Counted from the first letter of the stretch, positions 19,531 to 30,730 are shown. The stretch: DNA of 64,000 bases from Longimicrobiales bacterium (GCA_963664435.2 CAXXKM010000003.1:32001-96000), one strand, 5' to 3'. The notes: generated by a model from the sequence alone, not told the origin. Made by a program: numbers and translations.

Positions 19531-20709
19531 TCAATCTCTCTCGGTCATGGATTCAATGAACTGACAGAAAACGGCAAAATCGCCGATGCTTACCTCGACG
19601 TCGTCTTGCTCATCGCCATTTCCACGGGACCGGATGACATTGCCGAGTACCGCGGGGACGTTGCTTGCGTACCAAGGGAGGCGGCGTCCACTGATCACGG
19701 CGGTCTTCGGTCCGATAACGAGAATGTTGCGATGCTGTTTTGCTCGCTTGGTCAGATCGCTATCCGGCGGTTCTTCCCTAAACTGGAGTGCGTAGATGTG
19801 AGTTCGCGGGTGGTTCTCCAATGCCCGGAACAGCAGGTCATTGATATGTTCATCGCCGAAACTGAAACCGGAGATGATCAACACTGCATCCTGCTGTCCC
19901 AAGAACCAAGCCAGTCGGTCGCGGAATGCGACATATGGTTGTTGTCGCGACTGTTCGTATTTCTGAAGAGAGGGGTAAATCATCTCCCCGTCCGACTCAG
20001 GGTTGCCGCGCACGATGTCGGACCGACCACCGCGATCTTCCCGCCGCCACGTTACCGATCCATGCATTTTCCACAATCTGGACCAAGTCGCACCTGGCTG
20101 CGACTCCGGGAGTTGAAGGCTCTCAGGATAGAAAAAGGGCCGGTAACTGCCTACGAATCCATCATGCAATGGAACACGCTCAACCTCCATGCCGTGCTCG
20201 ATCAGCACATCATAGTTGACGGTAAACACTTCTACCGGCCTGTGGTGCGATGAACGAGAGATCCATCTCGCAAACTGGCGATGCGGAAAGTGCTCAGGGA
20301 CGGAAGCCATCTCTGGGTTTACAGTCGTGGCAATAGTTGCCCGCGTCGTGGCATCTAGCTCCTTCAGTTGTGCTCGGTCTAGTCCCGAGAGCTCATCGGA
20401 ATCACGCATTGCAGCAATCATCGTGCGAAGACGCGACAGAATGTCCTCGACATTGGCCTTTCGCGTCTCCGTATCACAGCTGCTGGCGATGGAGTCCCAC
20501 GCCGCAAGGAACTCGTCACCCAAAGCCTGGGCCGCGTCTCTGCACTGGCCAGTCAGCTCTTCGACGGCTGGAATGAGCGGATCGTTATCGATGCGGATGC
20601 TGCATGATGTGCCCGCGCCAAAGAAGAAGGCGATGGGCTTGTCGTGGAGTGCCAAGTGGTTGCGGAGTTCGTCTAGCGTCTTGACGGGATCGTGTGTTCG
20701 ATTGGACAT
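19531..20709 (-). CDS. SIR2-like NADase of a SIR2-HerA defence system
   Basis: 'FFFGAGTS', 'FTVNYD', 'WKMHGS', 'GFSFGDEHIN'; 1 bp from herA start. Confidence 0.92.
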   Translation of the reverse strand: MSNRTHDPVKTLDELRNHLALHDKPIAFFFGAGTSCSIRIDNDPLIPAVEELTGQCRDAAQALGDEFLAAWDSIASSCDTETRKANVEDILSRLRTMIAAMRDSDELSGLDRAQLKELDATTRATIATTVNPEMASVPEHFPHRQFARWISRSSHHRPVEVFTVNYDVLIEHGMEVERVPLHDGFVGSYRPFFYPESLQLPESQPGATWSRLWKMHGSVTWRREDRGGRSDIVRGNPESDGEMIYPSLQKYEQSRQQPYVAFRDRLAWFLGQQDAVLIISGFSFGDEHINDLLFRALENHPRTHIYALQFREEPPDSDLTKRAKQHRNILVIGPKTAVISGRRLPWYASNVPAVLGNVIRSRGNGDEQDDVEVSIGDFAVFCQFIESMTERD

Positions 20710-20796
20710 AGTGATTGACAGGTTGGGTCGGTTGGAGTGTCTGTTATCAGACTTGCCGGTAGGGTAGCCTGGTTGTAGTGCGTGTGGGCATTGCGA

Positions 20797-23595
20797 TCAG
20801 CCATTGGCATCGAGTGCGGATGTGGAGCGCGAAAAGCCGGAGCGTCGCGTTACGATGCGAACCCGACCCCCTAGATCCAGATCCCGGAGGGCTTGAGTCA
20901 GTTCAGCCTCAAGGCTCCGAACCCTCTCGGGGCTGACGGTCGCCGACAGTTCAATGCCGACCCTGAGGTTGTCCAAGGGCCGAAGCTTCGGGAGAATCCT
21001 AATCCCGAGCCGGTTCCAGACTTCCGCGGGTATCGTTCCGAGAACCTGAAGGACCGCCCTCGACTCCTCAGTGGGGGTTGGCGTTGGATCCGACTCGGGC
21101 TCTGCTCCGGTGTCGCCGGGCTGTGGCTCGCGAGGCGGCGGGTCCGGCTCGGGCGGGGTTGTCAGGGCCTCGGACTGCCTCTTGGTGAGGAGAAACACAT
21201 CCGGATCGAACGTGATCTCCTCCTGCCTGATCGGCTCCGCATACCAGAATCGGCCGTAGCCTCCATCGGGCCGGGCACCGGACGCCAAACCGAACTCGCC
21301 CGCGGCCACGAGCGCGGCGATCTGCCGCCGAAGGACCTTCTCTGGATCGCTCAGCCGCGTCAGCGAACCATCGAGGAAGCTCTGGCGCAGGCTTCTGAGC
21401 GGCCACGCCCCGGAATCCGTGAACGCGGGCGGCCAATGGCGGTCGATGTAACCAGCTCCGACCGACTCGTTGAGAAGTGCCTCGGCCTTCATGGCGCTCG
21501 TAATGCGACCGCAAAGGGTCTGGCTTCCGCTGGAATGGCCCGCGCCCAAGTCGATGACCCTGAGGCCCGTCTCCTCGCTGTTGTCGGACAGCACGGCGAA
21601 ACGGTAGCTCGCCCAAACCTCGTCCCTGGCGGCCTCTTCCGAGTCTCTGACCATGGTGGCCACGCCCGCGCGATCCGCGCGGTCGAAGTCCGCGCCCAGC
21701 ACACCCTGCGCCACCTCGGTGGCGACTCGCTGCCACGCTAGCCAAAGCTCCACCTTGTCGGTCAGTTCCCGCCCAGGCTTTCTGACGCACCAAACGAGCG
21801 ATGCGGGATAAAGCCGATCCGAGGTGCCGCGCCTTCTGGTCCACTCGGCGATTCGTCCGGTCGCCGCCCCGGCGTCCGTCCAATCCGTCTCCGGGTCGCA
21901 CAGCACGAGCGAAAGGTTCGGCGTGTCCGGAATGTCCATCGCGGTGCCGGGGAAGGGGACGAGGGGCAACATGGCTCCTCGCGCGAATTCCGCCTCGACG
22001 AGCTTACGGACGGCCGGTCTGATCTCCGTCTCCTCGTCCAGCGAAGCGCGGCGGTCGCTGACCACCTTCCTCAGGGTTGCTTGGTGATGGATGCGGTATC
22101 CGTCCGTCCCCACGCTGCGGACGAAGAACCCGGCCGCCTCCAAGGCGGCTGCCGCGTTGTCCACGGTCGTGGTGTCGATCTCTGGTTCTCCGAGCGCGAA
22201 CCGCAATTCGGGAAGGTGGGCAACTTTGTCCACCTGACCGCCGGACGACTCGAAGAGGATGGCCGTGCCTGTGCGTCGATGGATGTCGCGCAGCGCACCC
22301 CTGGCGTCCGCGTCCAGTGCTCGCGCGTGTGCCTGTTGTCCAGCCAAGTCGGCCTCGATTGCCGCGTCGAGGCGCGACTCCCCCAACTGGCCCAGCACTA
22401 CCGCGCGGAACTCGGGCACATGCATCGGAGCGGACCCCAGCGTGATCAGCGGCTCGGTGCGCGCCTTTCGAAAGTGTTCGCGCGCGGCCCACGATACCCA
22501 CTGGGCGAGCATCGCTAGCGCACCCCGGGTCTGCTGAAACTGCGGCAGCGCCCGCCATTTCCGCTGAAACACAGAGAGTGTCGCCGGGTGGAACGGGTAG
22601 CAGGCCTCGAACCGGGTGCGGAGGAACTCCCGGGCCTTCGCCTCGGTCGTCGCGGTGTCCACGGCCAGCCATTCGCGCGGGAGACGCGCGGTGCGCTCGA
22701 AACACCAGTTGGCGTAAGTGTTGGCCACCCTCCTGCGGATCCGAACCCCGCCGAGATCCTCGAAGAGCCGCCGCCGCACGACCTCGCTGATCTCCGCCTC
22801 GTCGTTCGCGATCAGGTCGCGCGCAACCCGGCCGACGACCTTGTCGATCTTGGCCTGCCATTGCTGATCCCAGTCCGTCATTTCGACTTGGCTGCGAGGC
22901 AGGCTGATGATCGCGGCCGCGCGGGTGGTCCCAGTGACGGCCACCGTGAGGTTCTGGATGAATGCGTGAAAGCTGTCGGCCATGGCGCGGTGGCGGTTGA
23001 CGAAGTTGAGAACCTCGTCGAACAAAAGCAGAACAGGTGCCCCTGCGGCGGCGAACACGTTGCCCAGAGTCGCAGTCCCGGGGGGCGTGGTCCGCGCAGC
23101 CGCGCCGAGCGCCGCGACGCCGGGCTCGCCCGCCACTTGGCGAGCCAAGTCGATCCATGGCGTCTCCCGGCCTTCAGCCGGATCCCACGCGTTGCCGACG
23201 AACACGCCGACCCGGGCCGAAGGCACGGCCCGGAGCCCCTCCATTTCGAGCAGGCTCTCCACGCCCGGGAACCCGGAGGCCGCCTCGCCGCTGCTGGCCA
23301 AGTGATAGAGTGAAGTCAGGGTGTGGGTCTTCCCGCCGCCGAACTGGGTGATGAGCGTGAGGACCGGCGCGGTGTTCTCCGTCTTGCCCGAGAGCCGGCG
23401 TAGCGCTATGCCGACGTGCTCTGTAAGCGCCCGCGTGAAGCAGGTGCGCGCGAAGAACTGCGCCGGGTCGCTGTAGTCGGGCGGCGCGGTTCCGGCGACC
23501 ACCTGTTCGAGCGCGATGGCGAACTCGTCCGGACTGAAGGAGCGGCCTTCGCGCACTTCTCGGCGCAATGTTGCGACTCTGTACCAAGGATCCAT
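20797..23595 (-). CDS. DUF499 AAA+ ATPase
   Basis: 'FFARTCFT', Walker A 'TQFGGGKTH', Walker B 'LLLFDE', 'CYPFHP', 'FQQTRGAL'. Confidence 0.9.
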   Translation of the reverse strand: MDPWYRVATLRREVREGRSFSPDEFAIALEQVVAGTAPPDYSDPAQFFARTCFTRALTEHVGIALRRLSGKTENTAPVLTLITQFGGGKTHTLTSLYHLASSGEAASGFPGVESLLEMEGLRAVPSARVGVFVGNAWDPAEGRETPWIDLARQVAGEPGVAALGAAARTTPPGTATLGNVFAAAGAPVLLLFDEVLNFVNRHRAMADSFHAFIQNLTVAVTGTTRAAAIISLPRSQVEMTDWDQQWQAKIDKVVGRVARDLIANDEAEISEVVRRRLFEDLGGVRIRRRVANTYANWCFERTARLPREWLAVDTATTEAKAREFLRTRFEACYPFHPATLSVFQRKWRALPQFQQTRGALAMLAQWVSWAAREHFRKARTEPLITLGSAPMHVPEFRAVVLGQLGESRLDAAIEADLAGQQAHARALDADARGALRDIHRRTGTAILFESSGGQVDKVAHLPELRFALGEPEIDTTTVDNAAAALEAAGFFVRSVGTDGYRIHHQATLRKVVSDRRASLDEETEIRPAVRKLVEAEFARGAMLPLVPFPGTAMDIPDTPNLSLVLCDPETDWTDAGAATGRIAEWTRRRGTSDRLYPASLVWCVRKPGRELTDKVELWLAWQRVATEVAQGVLGADFDRADRAGVATMVRDSEEAARDEVWASYRFAVLSDNSEETGLRVIDLGAGHSSGSQTLCGRITSAMKAEALLNESVGAGYIDRHWPPAFTDSGAWPLRSLRQSFLDGSLTRLSDPEKVLRRQIAALVAAGEFGLASGARPDGGYGRFWYAEPIRQEEITFDPDVFLLTKRQSEALTTPPEPDPPPREPQPGDTGAEPESDPTPTPTEESRAVLQVLGTIPAEVWNRLGIRILPKLRPLDNLRVGIELSATVSPERVRSLEAELTQALRDLDLGGRVRIVTRRSGFSRSTSALDANG

Positions 23596-23739
23596 TCTCG
23601 ACTGCCCTCAAGGCTCGCGCATGTCTGTGCTACCAATCACGGGCGGATGGTTTCAGCACTGCGGTTCGCTGGGGATGGGGTTCGGGCGGCGGGGCCTCCG
23701 GCGACCTGCAAGTAAGCTCGACGACTCGTCTCCGGGATG

Positions 23740-26505
23740 TCAACGCGGGACGGCCAGGATCATCGCGTCCAGAAGGCGCTTCTCGCGGCTCCAGCGGGGA
23801 TAGAGGGCGGAGAGCGCGTTGGCCAGCCGCAAGAAGGCGGGTCCCCGATCCTGTTCGGCCGCGATCAACTTCCTGAGCGCGTTCGCGTGACCGGTTGCCT
23901 GAAGGAGCATGCCCGCATGGACACGATCGAGCGTGGTCGCGCCGGACCGCTCCAACGCGTCGTCAGAATCAAGGATCGATCTGGCCCCGCGACGACGGCG
24001 TGGACTCGGTGTCGCCGTGGTTTCCCAATCGGGGAAGAGAGCCGGTTGCAGGTCCGCCTGCGGATCCCTTTCGATCCAGTCGGCCGCCGCGTCCGCGCCG
24101 TCCCGGCCGAACAGCTCATCGGCTCGCTCCGACACGGGTAGGAGGCGCACGACACCCTTTTCTTGGCCAATCACCCGACCGGTCCATCGGTCGAGTCCGA
24201 TGCCCATAGGCTGCGAGAACCGTCGCACCACGTCGTAAGGAAGTTTGAGCCCTTGCGCGGCCGCCTTGGCCGCGGCCCGCTGGGCTTTGGCGTCCTTGGC
24301 CGAATCTTCCTGATCGCCTTCAGTGCTCTGGTACGTCCAGAGAAACAGGGCGGTGAGGCGGGCATCCTCTTCGAGCGTGCCCGCGTCGGCCGTGCCGAGC
24401 ACCTGTTCGAGCGCCGCCCGTCCCACGACCTGCCAGACCTTCTCCAGAAAATGGGGCAGGCCGACCTCATTCCCCTCAGCGGTCTCGACGGCGCGATAGC
24501 GGCTGAACACCTCAAGCGCTGGCCCGACGCAAGCGAAGACCAGGTCGGCACCGCGTATGCCCTCGTCCTGGAGCCGCTTCATCCATGCGGCCACGCGGAC
24601 CGGCAATTCTCGGACGACATCGTACCAGTCACCAACCGGGGCGTCATCTGGGCGTGGGCGGCAAATCAAATGCACGCTGGTTGCCAGTGAAGCTGACTCT
24701 CGCGCTCTGAGGCGCGCTTTCCTTTCGGTCGCGATCGGCCAAGATCCGGTGATTGTCCACCCGCCACGAATCATGCCGGAAAGCAGCGCCTCCCATCCTT
24801 CTGTTGTCTTGTGTGCGAAGACCACGGAGCCGACGCCGTCTTCTCGCAGGACGCGGCGGCCTTCTGCGAAGGCCTTCGCCATGGTCTCCTCGAACCAGTT
24901 ACCATCCTTCCGACATCCGTCGGCATCTCGCCTGGTTTCGTCCTGTACTGCTTCGCCGACCTTCGGGGAGAGAGGGTTTTCGGGATCGAACGGATCCAGG
25001 AGGAGGGGGTGACCTGGCTGCGTCCGCTTGAGCCAGACCAGGAAGAAATCCGACAGATCCGAATAGGGGATTGCATCGTAGTACGGTGGATCCGTAAACC
25101 AAAGAGCGCACGTCTCATCCGGGAGGGAATGGCTCGCCGCGTCAACGTTCTCGGCTTGCCCTTGCCCCCTGACGGCTGCCAATGAGAGTGACGCTTCCGC
25201 AGCTTTGTCGGTCACGTCTGCAAGGCCGCCGGCATAGGGTACCAAAGGGTACATCTCGGGGTAGTCCCAAGACATGGGTAGGGTCTGCATTCCGAATGCC
25301 CCCGCCACGGTTTCGCTCCCCCGGTGCCATTTTGCGAGGACGTTGCTATGGCGCAGTAGCTTGCCCATCGCCAGGGCCAGCAGTCTGGCGACGACTTCGT
25401 GTTCCGACTCCACCGCAGACATCAAGAGAGTGACCAGCACCGCCTTCTGACGCGCCGTAAACAGGTCGCCCCATTGGAGCATGCCGTAGCGCTGGACGCT
25501 GAACGCTCGCCCAGCGCCTGACCCGCCTCCGGCGGGGGTAGGCTCGTCCGGCAGCGGACGGAGTCCCTTTCGGCCGCCGACCTCCCACTCGTCCAGTATC
25601 CGGGCGACCGCCGTCTGTGCCCTGCGCACGGGCGCATAGTCCGCGTCCGTGGGCAGTCGGTAGTGCCGCCATCCCCGCTGGCCCGGACGAAACGTGACGA
25701 CCGCCATCATGCGTGCTCCGCCGATCCGGTTGCCTTCCTCGTCGAAGACTGTGTCGGCGCCGCCCCGCTGGGCTGCCAACTGCGACCGCAGCCGCTCCTT
25801 CGGCATCACCGCGCGACAGCACGGGCACGTTGCCTTCGCGTAGGACACCGTGCCGGGATGAACGTCACCTTTCGTCTCCGGCTCAAAGATCTCGAAGGCG
25901 ATCCGCGGCGAAGTGCCAGCGGCCCGTTCGACCGCGAGCCGTAGCGCACGCTTGCGCTTCGGCTTGCTGCACAGCCAGAAGGATTGCGCCAGCGGAATCT
26001 CGGCACCGCAGTTCGGCGACTCACAGCGCACCGTACGCGCCCACAGGTAGGCTAGCGGCGTCGCGCCGTTGGGCTCGGGCGGGTAAAGGTCGACGAGTCC
26101 CTGCCGAGCCTTCTGCTCGACCGATTTCGCGGCCCGTCGCAAGTCCTCGGCCAGCCCGGGGCCGTAGCGCGGAATATCCTCCAGCATGGCCTTGAGGATC
26201 AAGCACGCCACCGGGTTGAGATCGCTGGCGAAAGCCCCGCATCCGAGCCGAAGGGCCTCGAGCGGAATCGATCCACCACCCGCGAACGGGTCCACCACCA
26301 GCGGTGCTTCGTCTCCGTGTGCAGCCTTTACGAGCGCCTTGGCCGTCTCGATCCACGATTGCTTCGCCGAGTGATCCCAGCTTGCAAAATCGGCGATGAA
26401 CTTGAGGAGGATCCGGCGAAGCCCCTCGTCCGTCCCGAGCTCTGCGGTCCACCCAGAGGGGCGCCCGCCCATGCCGAGCAGAATCCGCCGTGCCTCCTTC
26501 CCGAA
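23740..26505 (-). pseudogene. DUF1156 adenine DNA methylase, 3' portion (interrupted by IS1595 element)
   Basis: 'DPFAGGGSIPLEA' and 'TDPPYYD' motifs; joins in frame with 42620-42834 when the IS and one TSD copy are removed (...CPPAFGK|EARRIL...). Confidence 0.93.
26498..26505 (+). repeat. Target-site duplication, left copy (TTCCCGAA)
   Basis: Identical 8-mer at 42620-42627 immediately outside the right TIR. Confidence 0.95.
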
Positions 26506-26528
26506 GGGAATTATACGCCTGCCTTGAC
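26506..26528 (+). repeat. Left terminal inverted repeat GGGAATTATACGCCTGCCTTGAC
   Basis: Exact reverse complement at 42597-42619. Confidence 0.97.
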
Positions 26529-26552
26529 AGCAACCCCGGATCATGTTATTAT
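26524..26552 (+). promoter_or_regulatory. Putative sigma70 promoter of the transposase overlapping the left TIR
   Basis: TTGACA (26524-26529) -17 bp- TATTAT (26547-26552); RBS GAGGGG before ATG 26589. Confidence 0.65.
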
Positions 26553-26588
26553 CAATGTACGCTAAGAGCAACGCAATGAGGGGGTTAC

Positions 26589-27475
26589 ATGGCGGCGAAG
26601 GGACCGGGCAAGCACCACCGCAAGGGCATCACGATGCCGCAGGTCGCGACAATGTTCGCGACCGAGGAAAAGGCAATCCGCTGGTTCGAGTCGTGGGTCT
26701 GGCCGGACGGCGAGATGGCCTGTCTCCGCTGCGGTTCCGTGAACTGCTATCGGGTAAAGTCGGGCAAGCCGATGCCGTACCGCTGTCGGGACTGTCGGTC
26801 GTATTTCTCGCTCAAGACCGGGACGCTCATGGAACAGTCGAAGCTTCCGCTTCGGCTCTGGGGCTGGGCGATCTATCTGGAACTGACGAGCCTCAAGGGC
26901 GTTTCGTCTATGAAGCTGCACCGCGATCTGGGCGTTCGGCAGGCCACGGCGTGGTTCATGTTGCACCGCATCCGGGGCGCGTTCGCGGACATGGCGTTGA
27001 CGTTCGACGGCCCGGTCGAGGTGGACGAAGCGTATTTCGGCGGCAAGCGGAAGAACATGAGCAACACGCGCCGGAAGGAACTGGAGGGCACGGGCCGCGG
27101 GCCGGTCGGCAAGCAGGCGGTGGTCGGCATCAAGGATCGGGCGACGAAGCGGGTTGCCGCGCGAGTGATCGACCGGACGGACGGCGAGACGCTACGGGGT
27201 TTCGTGGACGCTCACGCGAGCGACGGCGCGAAGCTGTACACGGACGATGCCACGGCCTACCGGGGCACCGACCGGGAGCACGAGACGGTCAAGCACTCGG
27301 CAGCCGAGTACGTCCGGTATCTGGAAGGCGAGACGGTCCACACCAACGGCGTAGAGAGCTTCTGGGCCGTGTTGAAGCGAGCGCACAAGGGTGTCTACCA
27401 CCGCCTGTCGCCGAAGCACCTGCAAGCCTACGTGGACATGTTCGCAGCACGCCAGAACGTGCGCGAGATGGACAC
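26589..27475 (+). pseudogene. IS1595-family (ISXO2-like) DDE transposase, 5' portion
   Basis: Zn ribbon 'CLRCGS...CRDC', 'VEVDEAYFGG', 'YTDD', 'HTNGVESFW'; ends abruptly after 'REMDT'. Confidence 0.93.
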
Positions 27476-27950
27476 ACGGAGCACCTGAGGTCCGGATCAC
27501 GGCAGTAGATCTTCTAACTACATACAGGACTGCACGATCTGCGTTTCCTGTCGTTGTACTGGACCTTGCTGGACCGTGCCGCCAAAGCGGGAAAAACGTA
27601 CTTGAATGGCGGGACTCCCGCGCCCGCCCCGCCTCTGACCAAGGTCCCGGAAGCCGACGTTGCCGACCGTCTCCCTCACCGGCAATCGGATCGACCTCGA
27701 CGGCCAAGACGGCCAGCCCGCGATCGGCGTGGATCGCTATCATTCGGCGGTGGGCGGAGCACCGGACGCGGACACCGATGCGCCGACCCTCCGATGGGAT
27801 GCATCATCGCGACGTCGCCCGGCCCGGCTCCCTGAACGGAGAGGCTTGTGGAAGCGAACCGGGCGGTTTCGCTAGATTCCCGGGCCGCCGAGGTTCGGCG
27901 GCCCGAGTGACGACACGCGGCCCGACGCCTTGCCTGCCCGGAGAAACCCG

Positions 27951-28865
27951 ATGCCCGGCTGGACACTTGAAGACATTCCGCCTCTTCGCGGCCGCACGGC
28001 CGTCGTGACCGGAGGCAACACGGGGCTCGGCTTCAGATCCGTTCGCGAGTTGGCCCGCAGGGGCGCGCGGGTCTTCCTGTCCAGCCGCAGCGCGGCCAAG
28101 GGGCAGGCGGCCGTCGGAGCGGTTCTGTCCGACCTGCCGGGCGCGAGGGTCGAGGGCTTCGCGCTGGACCTCACCGATCCGGTGGGCATCGAGCGCTTTG
28201 CCGGACGCGTCGCCGCCCGAACGGGTCGCCTCGACATCCTGCTGAACAACGCGGGCGTGGTGAATCTCGCCGAACTGCAACGGACGCCGCTCGGCCACGA
28301 GATGCACATGGCCACGAACCACTACGGCCACTTCCTGCTCACGGGACATCTGTTCGGGCTGCTGGTGGCAACGCCGGGCGCGCGCGTGGTCACGGTGACC
28401 AGCGGCGCGTACCGGGCCGGCGTCATCGACTTCGGCGATCTGGACTGGCGCGGGCGTCCGTACAGCCGCGGCAAGGCGTACGGCGACAGCAAGCTGGCCA
28501 ACCTGTTGTTCGCGCGGGAGCTTCAGGGACGGTTAGACGCCGCGGGCGCGGCGGCCCTGTCGCTCGCGGCCCATCCGGGCCTGACCGGGACCGAGCGCCA
28601 GCAGTCGGTCGGAATCGGCGGACGGCTCGCCCGCCTGTTGGCCGCCCCGGTCGATGTCGGCGTGCGTCCACAACTGCGCGCCGCCACCGATCCGTCGGCC
28701 GGGAAGCTGGACTTCTTCGGACCCCGGTTCGGGCTGAGGGGACCGGCCCGCCGCATCCCCGTCCGCGGACCGGCCCGCAGCGACGACTTGGCGCGCCGCC
28801 TCTGGAGGGTCACCGAAGAGGTGACGGGCTTCCGCTACGCGGCCGCACCGGGCAACCCCGCGTGA
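27951..28865 (+). CDS. Short-chain dehydrogenase/reductase (retinol DH/WWOX-like oxidoreductase)
   Basis: 'TGGNTGLG', 'LLNNAG', 'YGDSK', 'AHPG'. Confidence 0.92.
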   Translation: MPGWTLEDIPPLRGRTAVVTGGNTGLGFRSVRELARRGARVFLSSRSAAKGQAAVGAVLSDLPGARVEGFALDLTDPVGIERFAGRVAARTGRLDILLNNAGVVNLAELQRTPLGHEMHMATNHYGHFLLTGHLFGLLVATPGARVVTVTSGAYRAGVIDFGDLDWRGRPYSRGKAYGDSKLANLLFARELQGRLDAAGAAALSLAAHPGLTGTERQQSVGIGGRLARLLAAPVDVGVRPQLRAATDPSAGKLDFFGPRFGLRGPARRIPVRGPARSDDLARRLWRVTEEVTGFRYAAAPGNPA

Positions 28866-29140
28866 GCTACGTGGTCACCGTGCCTTGGAAGTAGCAGAAG
28901 CCGCTGGCCCTCGTCCAGAACGTGATCCGCGTCTTCCTGTCGTCTCGAATCTTCAAGTATCGAACTGTCAGACTGCACTTGTTGGTGTCCGGGTCGTAGG
29001 TCCGACGCTCACAGCCTTCCAAGGACTGCATCAAACCCATCGGGAGTGAGGCCAGCGCTTCGGAACGCGCGAAGGCAGCCTGACCGTTCTCGGAGCCAGA
29101 CTGGCCTGGAGATGGGGGCCGGCGGCGGCCCCGCAACCAC

Positions 29141-29950
29141 TCAGCCGACCGATCCCTTCTGTCTGGCTCCCGGGTCGGGAGCCACGAGCGTGTCAGGAGT
29201 TACCCGCAACGGCAGAAGGGAATCCGGCGCGACGCTCCGGATGCCGCTCTTGTAGGGATCGCGGAGTGTGGGCATACACCCTCGCTCCAAGCGCTTGCGG
29301 CCGATCCGTCCCGAGTAAAGAAAGGCGCCTCCGACTGCGACCGAGATTGCAGCGACGCCCACCTTTTCCCCGGAAGTCCGTTCCGCGTCCCCCACACTCC
29401 CCGCAAGGCCGCCCAACAGCCACACTGACCCACCTAAGACGTCCCCTGCGAGAGGGAGCACATCCCGAAATCTCAAGTCCCTGCACCAGGCCCCATCCGC
29501 CGGAATTGTCGGAGACGGCGCCGCTCCGGGGCTCAGTTCTTTCAGGCGCTGGCTCTGCCACCGCCGGTGCAGCGCGCGGCATTCGTTGATGCGTTCAAGC
29601 CCGGTTTTGGCTTGATTGTAGCCGGCAACCCCTCCGGCAAGTCCCATGCCCGCACCGGTGAGCGCCGCTGTCACCCCCTCCCCTCCCGGTTCCAATCCAC
29701 CCGCCGCAGCAACGGCAAGGCCCGTCACGCCGACGATGCCCAGCAATGTGGCACCCGCAAGATAGGCTCCGGGCAAGATCGAAGTCGTCGTGCATTGGGG
29801 CGCGCTCGCAGCCAAACCGGGCGCGGCGATTCCCGTTCGAGGCGGTTCCTGAATGAAGAGTGTGGAACAACCGCTCAGCGAGGCCGCCAGTGCGAGCAGC
29901 ACCAGAACGCTGGCCGGTCCACGGGCGGCTTTGATCATCGACATCATCAT
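29141..29950 (-). CDS. Hypothetical membrane lipoprotein
   Basis: Lipobox 'LSGC' after a hydrophobic signal; two Cys-flanked pairs of Gly/Ala-rich TM helices. Confidence 0.6.
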   Translation of the reverse strand: MMMSMIKAARGPASVLVLLALAASLSGCSTLFIQEPPRTGIAAPGLAASAPQCTTTSILPGAYLAGATLLGIVGVTGLAVAAAGGLEPGGEGVTAALTGAGMGLAGGVAGYNQAKTGLERINECRALHRRWQSQRLKELSPGAAPSPTIPADGAWCRDLRFRDVLPLAGDVLGGSVWLLGGLAGSVGDAERTSGEKVGVAAISVAVGGAFLYSGRIGRKRLERGCMPTLRDPYKSGIRSVAPDSLLPLRVTPDTLVAPDPGARQKGSVG

Positions 29951-30061
29951 GAAATGCTTCCTTGCGCTGTCGGGCAGTTGGAACACTTCGTCCCGGCGAT
30001 TCGGCCCGCCCGACAACTCAACATGTGCGTTTTGCCCCGTGTCGGGGCCTGCCGCAGCCCA

Positions 30062-30700
30062 CTACCCGATCGGGATGTTGATCCCCGCTTGGATGGCCAA
30101 GTGCCGCGTCATGGCGTCGTCGTCCTCGGCCACCGGCGCAAGGCCGAGCGAGTAGAGCACGTCAACGCCCAAGCGCATCCCGGCCATGGGGAAGTCCGCG
30201 CCCGCGCCCAGGGCGATCCCGTAGTCCAGGGCCTTGGTCTCAAGCTCTGCGTCGGAGCAACTCGAACTGATGTTGACGCCCTCCCCCGGAGCGGAAGCCT
30301 CCAGATTGCAGGAGAGCCGCAACGCGATCCATGGACCGGCCATCACGCCCACGAACAGTCCGCCCTCGGCGTGTGTGCCGATGCGCGCCAACCCCGAGAA
30401 CTGGGCGTAGTCGATGTTGAGCCCGACGCTCAATCCTTCGAGCTCATCGGCACCGAACCCTCCGCCTTTCTGCACGTAGGCGCCGCCGACCCTGATGTCG
30501 AACAGTCCGGGTCCGGGAATGGTCAGGTCCGCGCTCACGACGATGCCGCTGCGGGATCCGGAATCGAGACCCACTTCCTCGACGGAAACGGAGGCGAAGC
30601 CGGCTCCGCCCCGCAGACCGAGGGTCTTCTGGGCCGTCAGGGGAGCGGCGATCAGAATGAGGCCGGCAAGAGCCAGCAGGATGGGGATGCGTTTCTTCAT
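30062..30700 (-). CDS. Outer-membrane beta-barrel (porin family / PorT-like) protein
   Basis: Signal peptide, 'GLRGG', 'YVQKG', 'DYAQF', alternating beta strands. Confidence 0.8.
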   Translation of the reverse strand: MKKRIPILLALAGLILIAAPLTAQKTLGLRGGAGFASVSVEEVGLDSGSRSGIVVSADLTIPGPGLFDIRVGGAYVQKGGGFGADELEGLSVGLNIDYAQFSGLARIGTHAEGGLFVGVMAGPWIALRLSCNLEASAPGEGVNISSSCSDAELETKALDYGIALGAGADFPMAGMRLGVDVLYSLGLAPVAEDDDAMTRHLAIQAGINIPIG

Positions 30701-30730
30701 CGTTTGCCTTTCATTTCAGGGGGTTCTGCT

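Noticed and set aside
23740..26571. 943-aa ORF as an intact methylase gene
   Set aside because: Its first 22 residues come from the IS left end; the genuine N-terminus is at 42620-42834
27469..27475. Idea that the TGGACAC core is a tRNA-Val(GAC) anticodon loop
   Set aside because: It would put G at the invariant U33 position and no tRNA remnant is visible at either junction
26589..27488. 299-aa ORF as a complete standalone IS transposase
   Set aside because: No right TIR follows it; the C-terminus is displaced to 40495-40594
28867..29040. Short minus-strand ORF (MGLMQSLEGCERRTYDPDTNKC...)
   Set aside because: No RBS or recognisable motif; may be a fragment, cannot be supported
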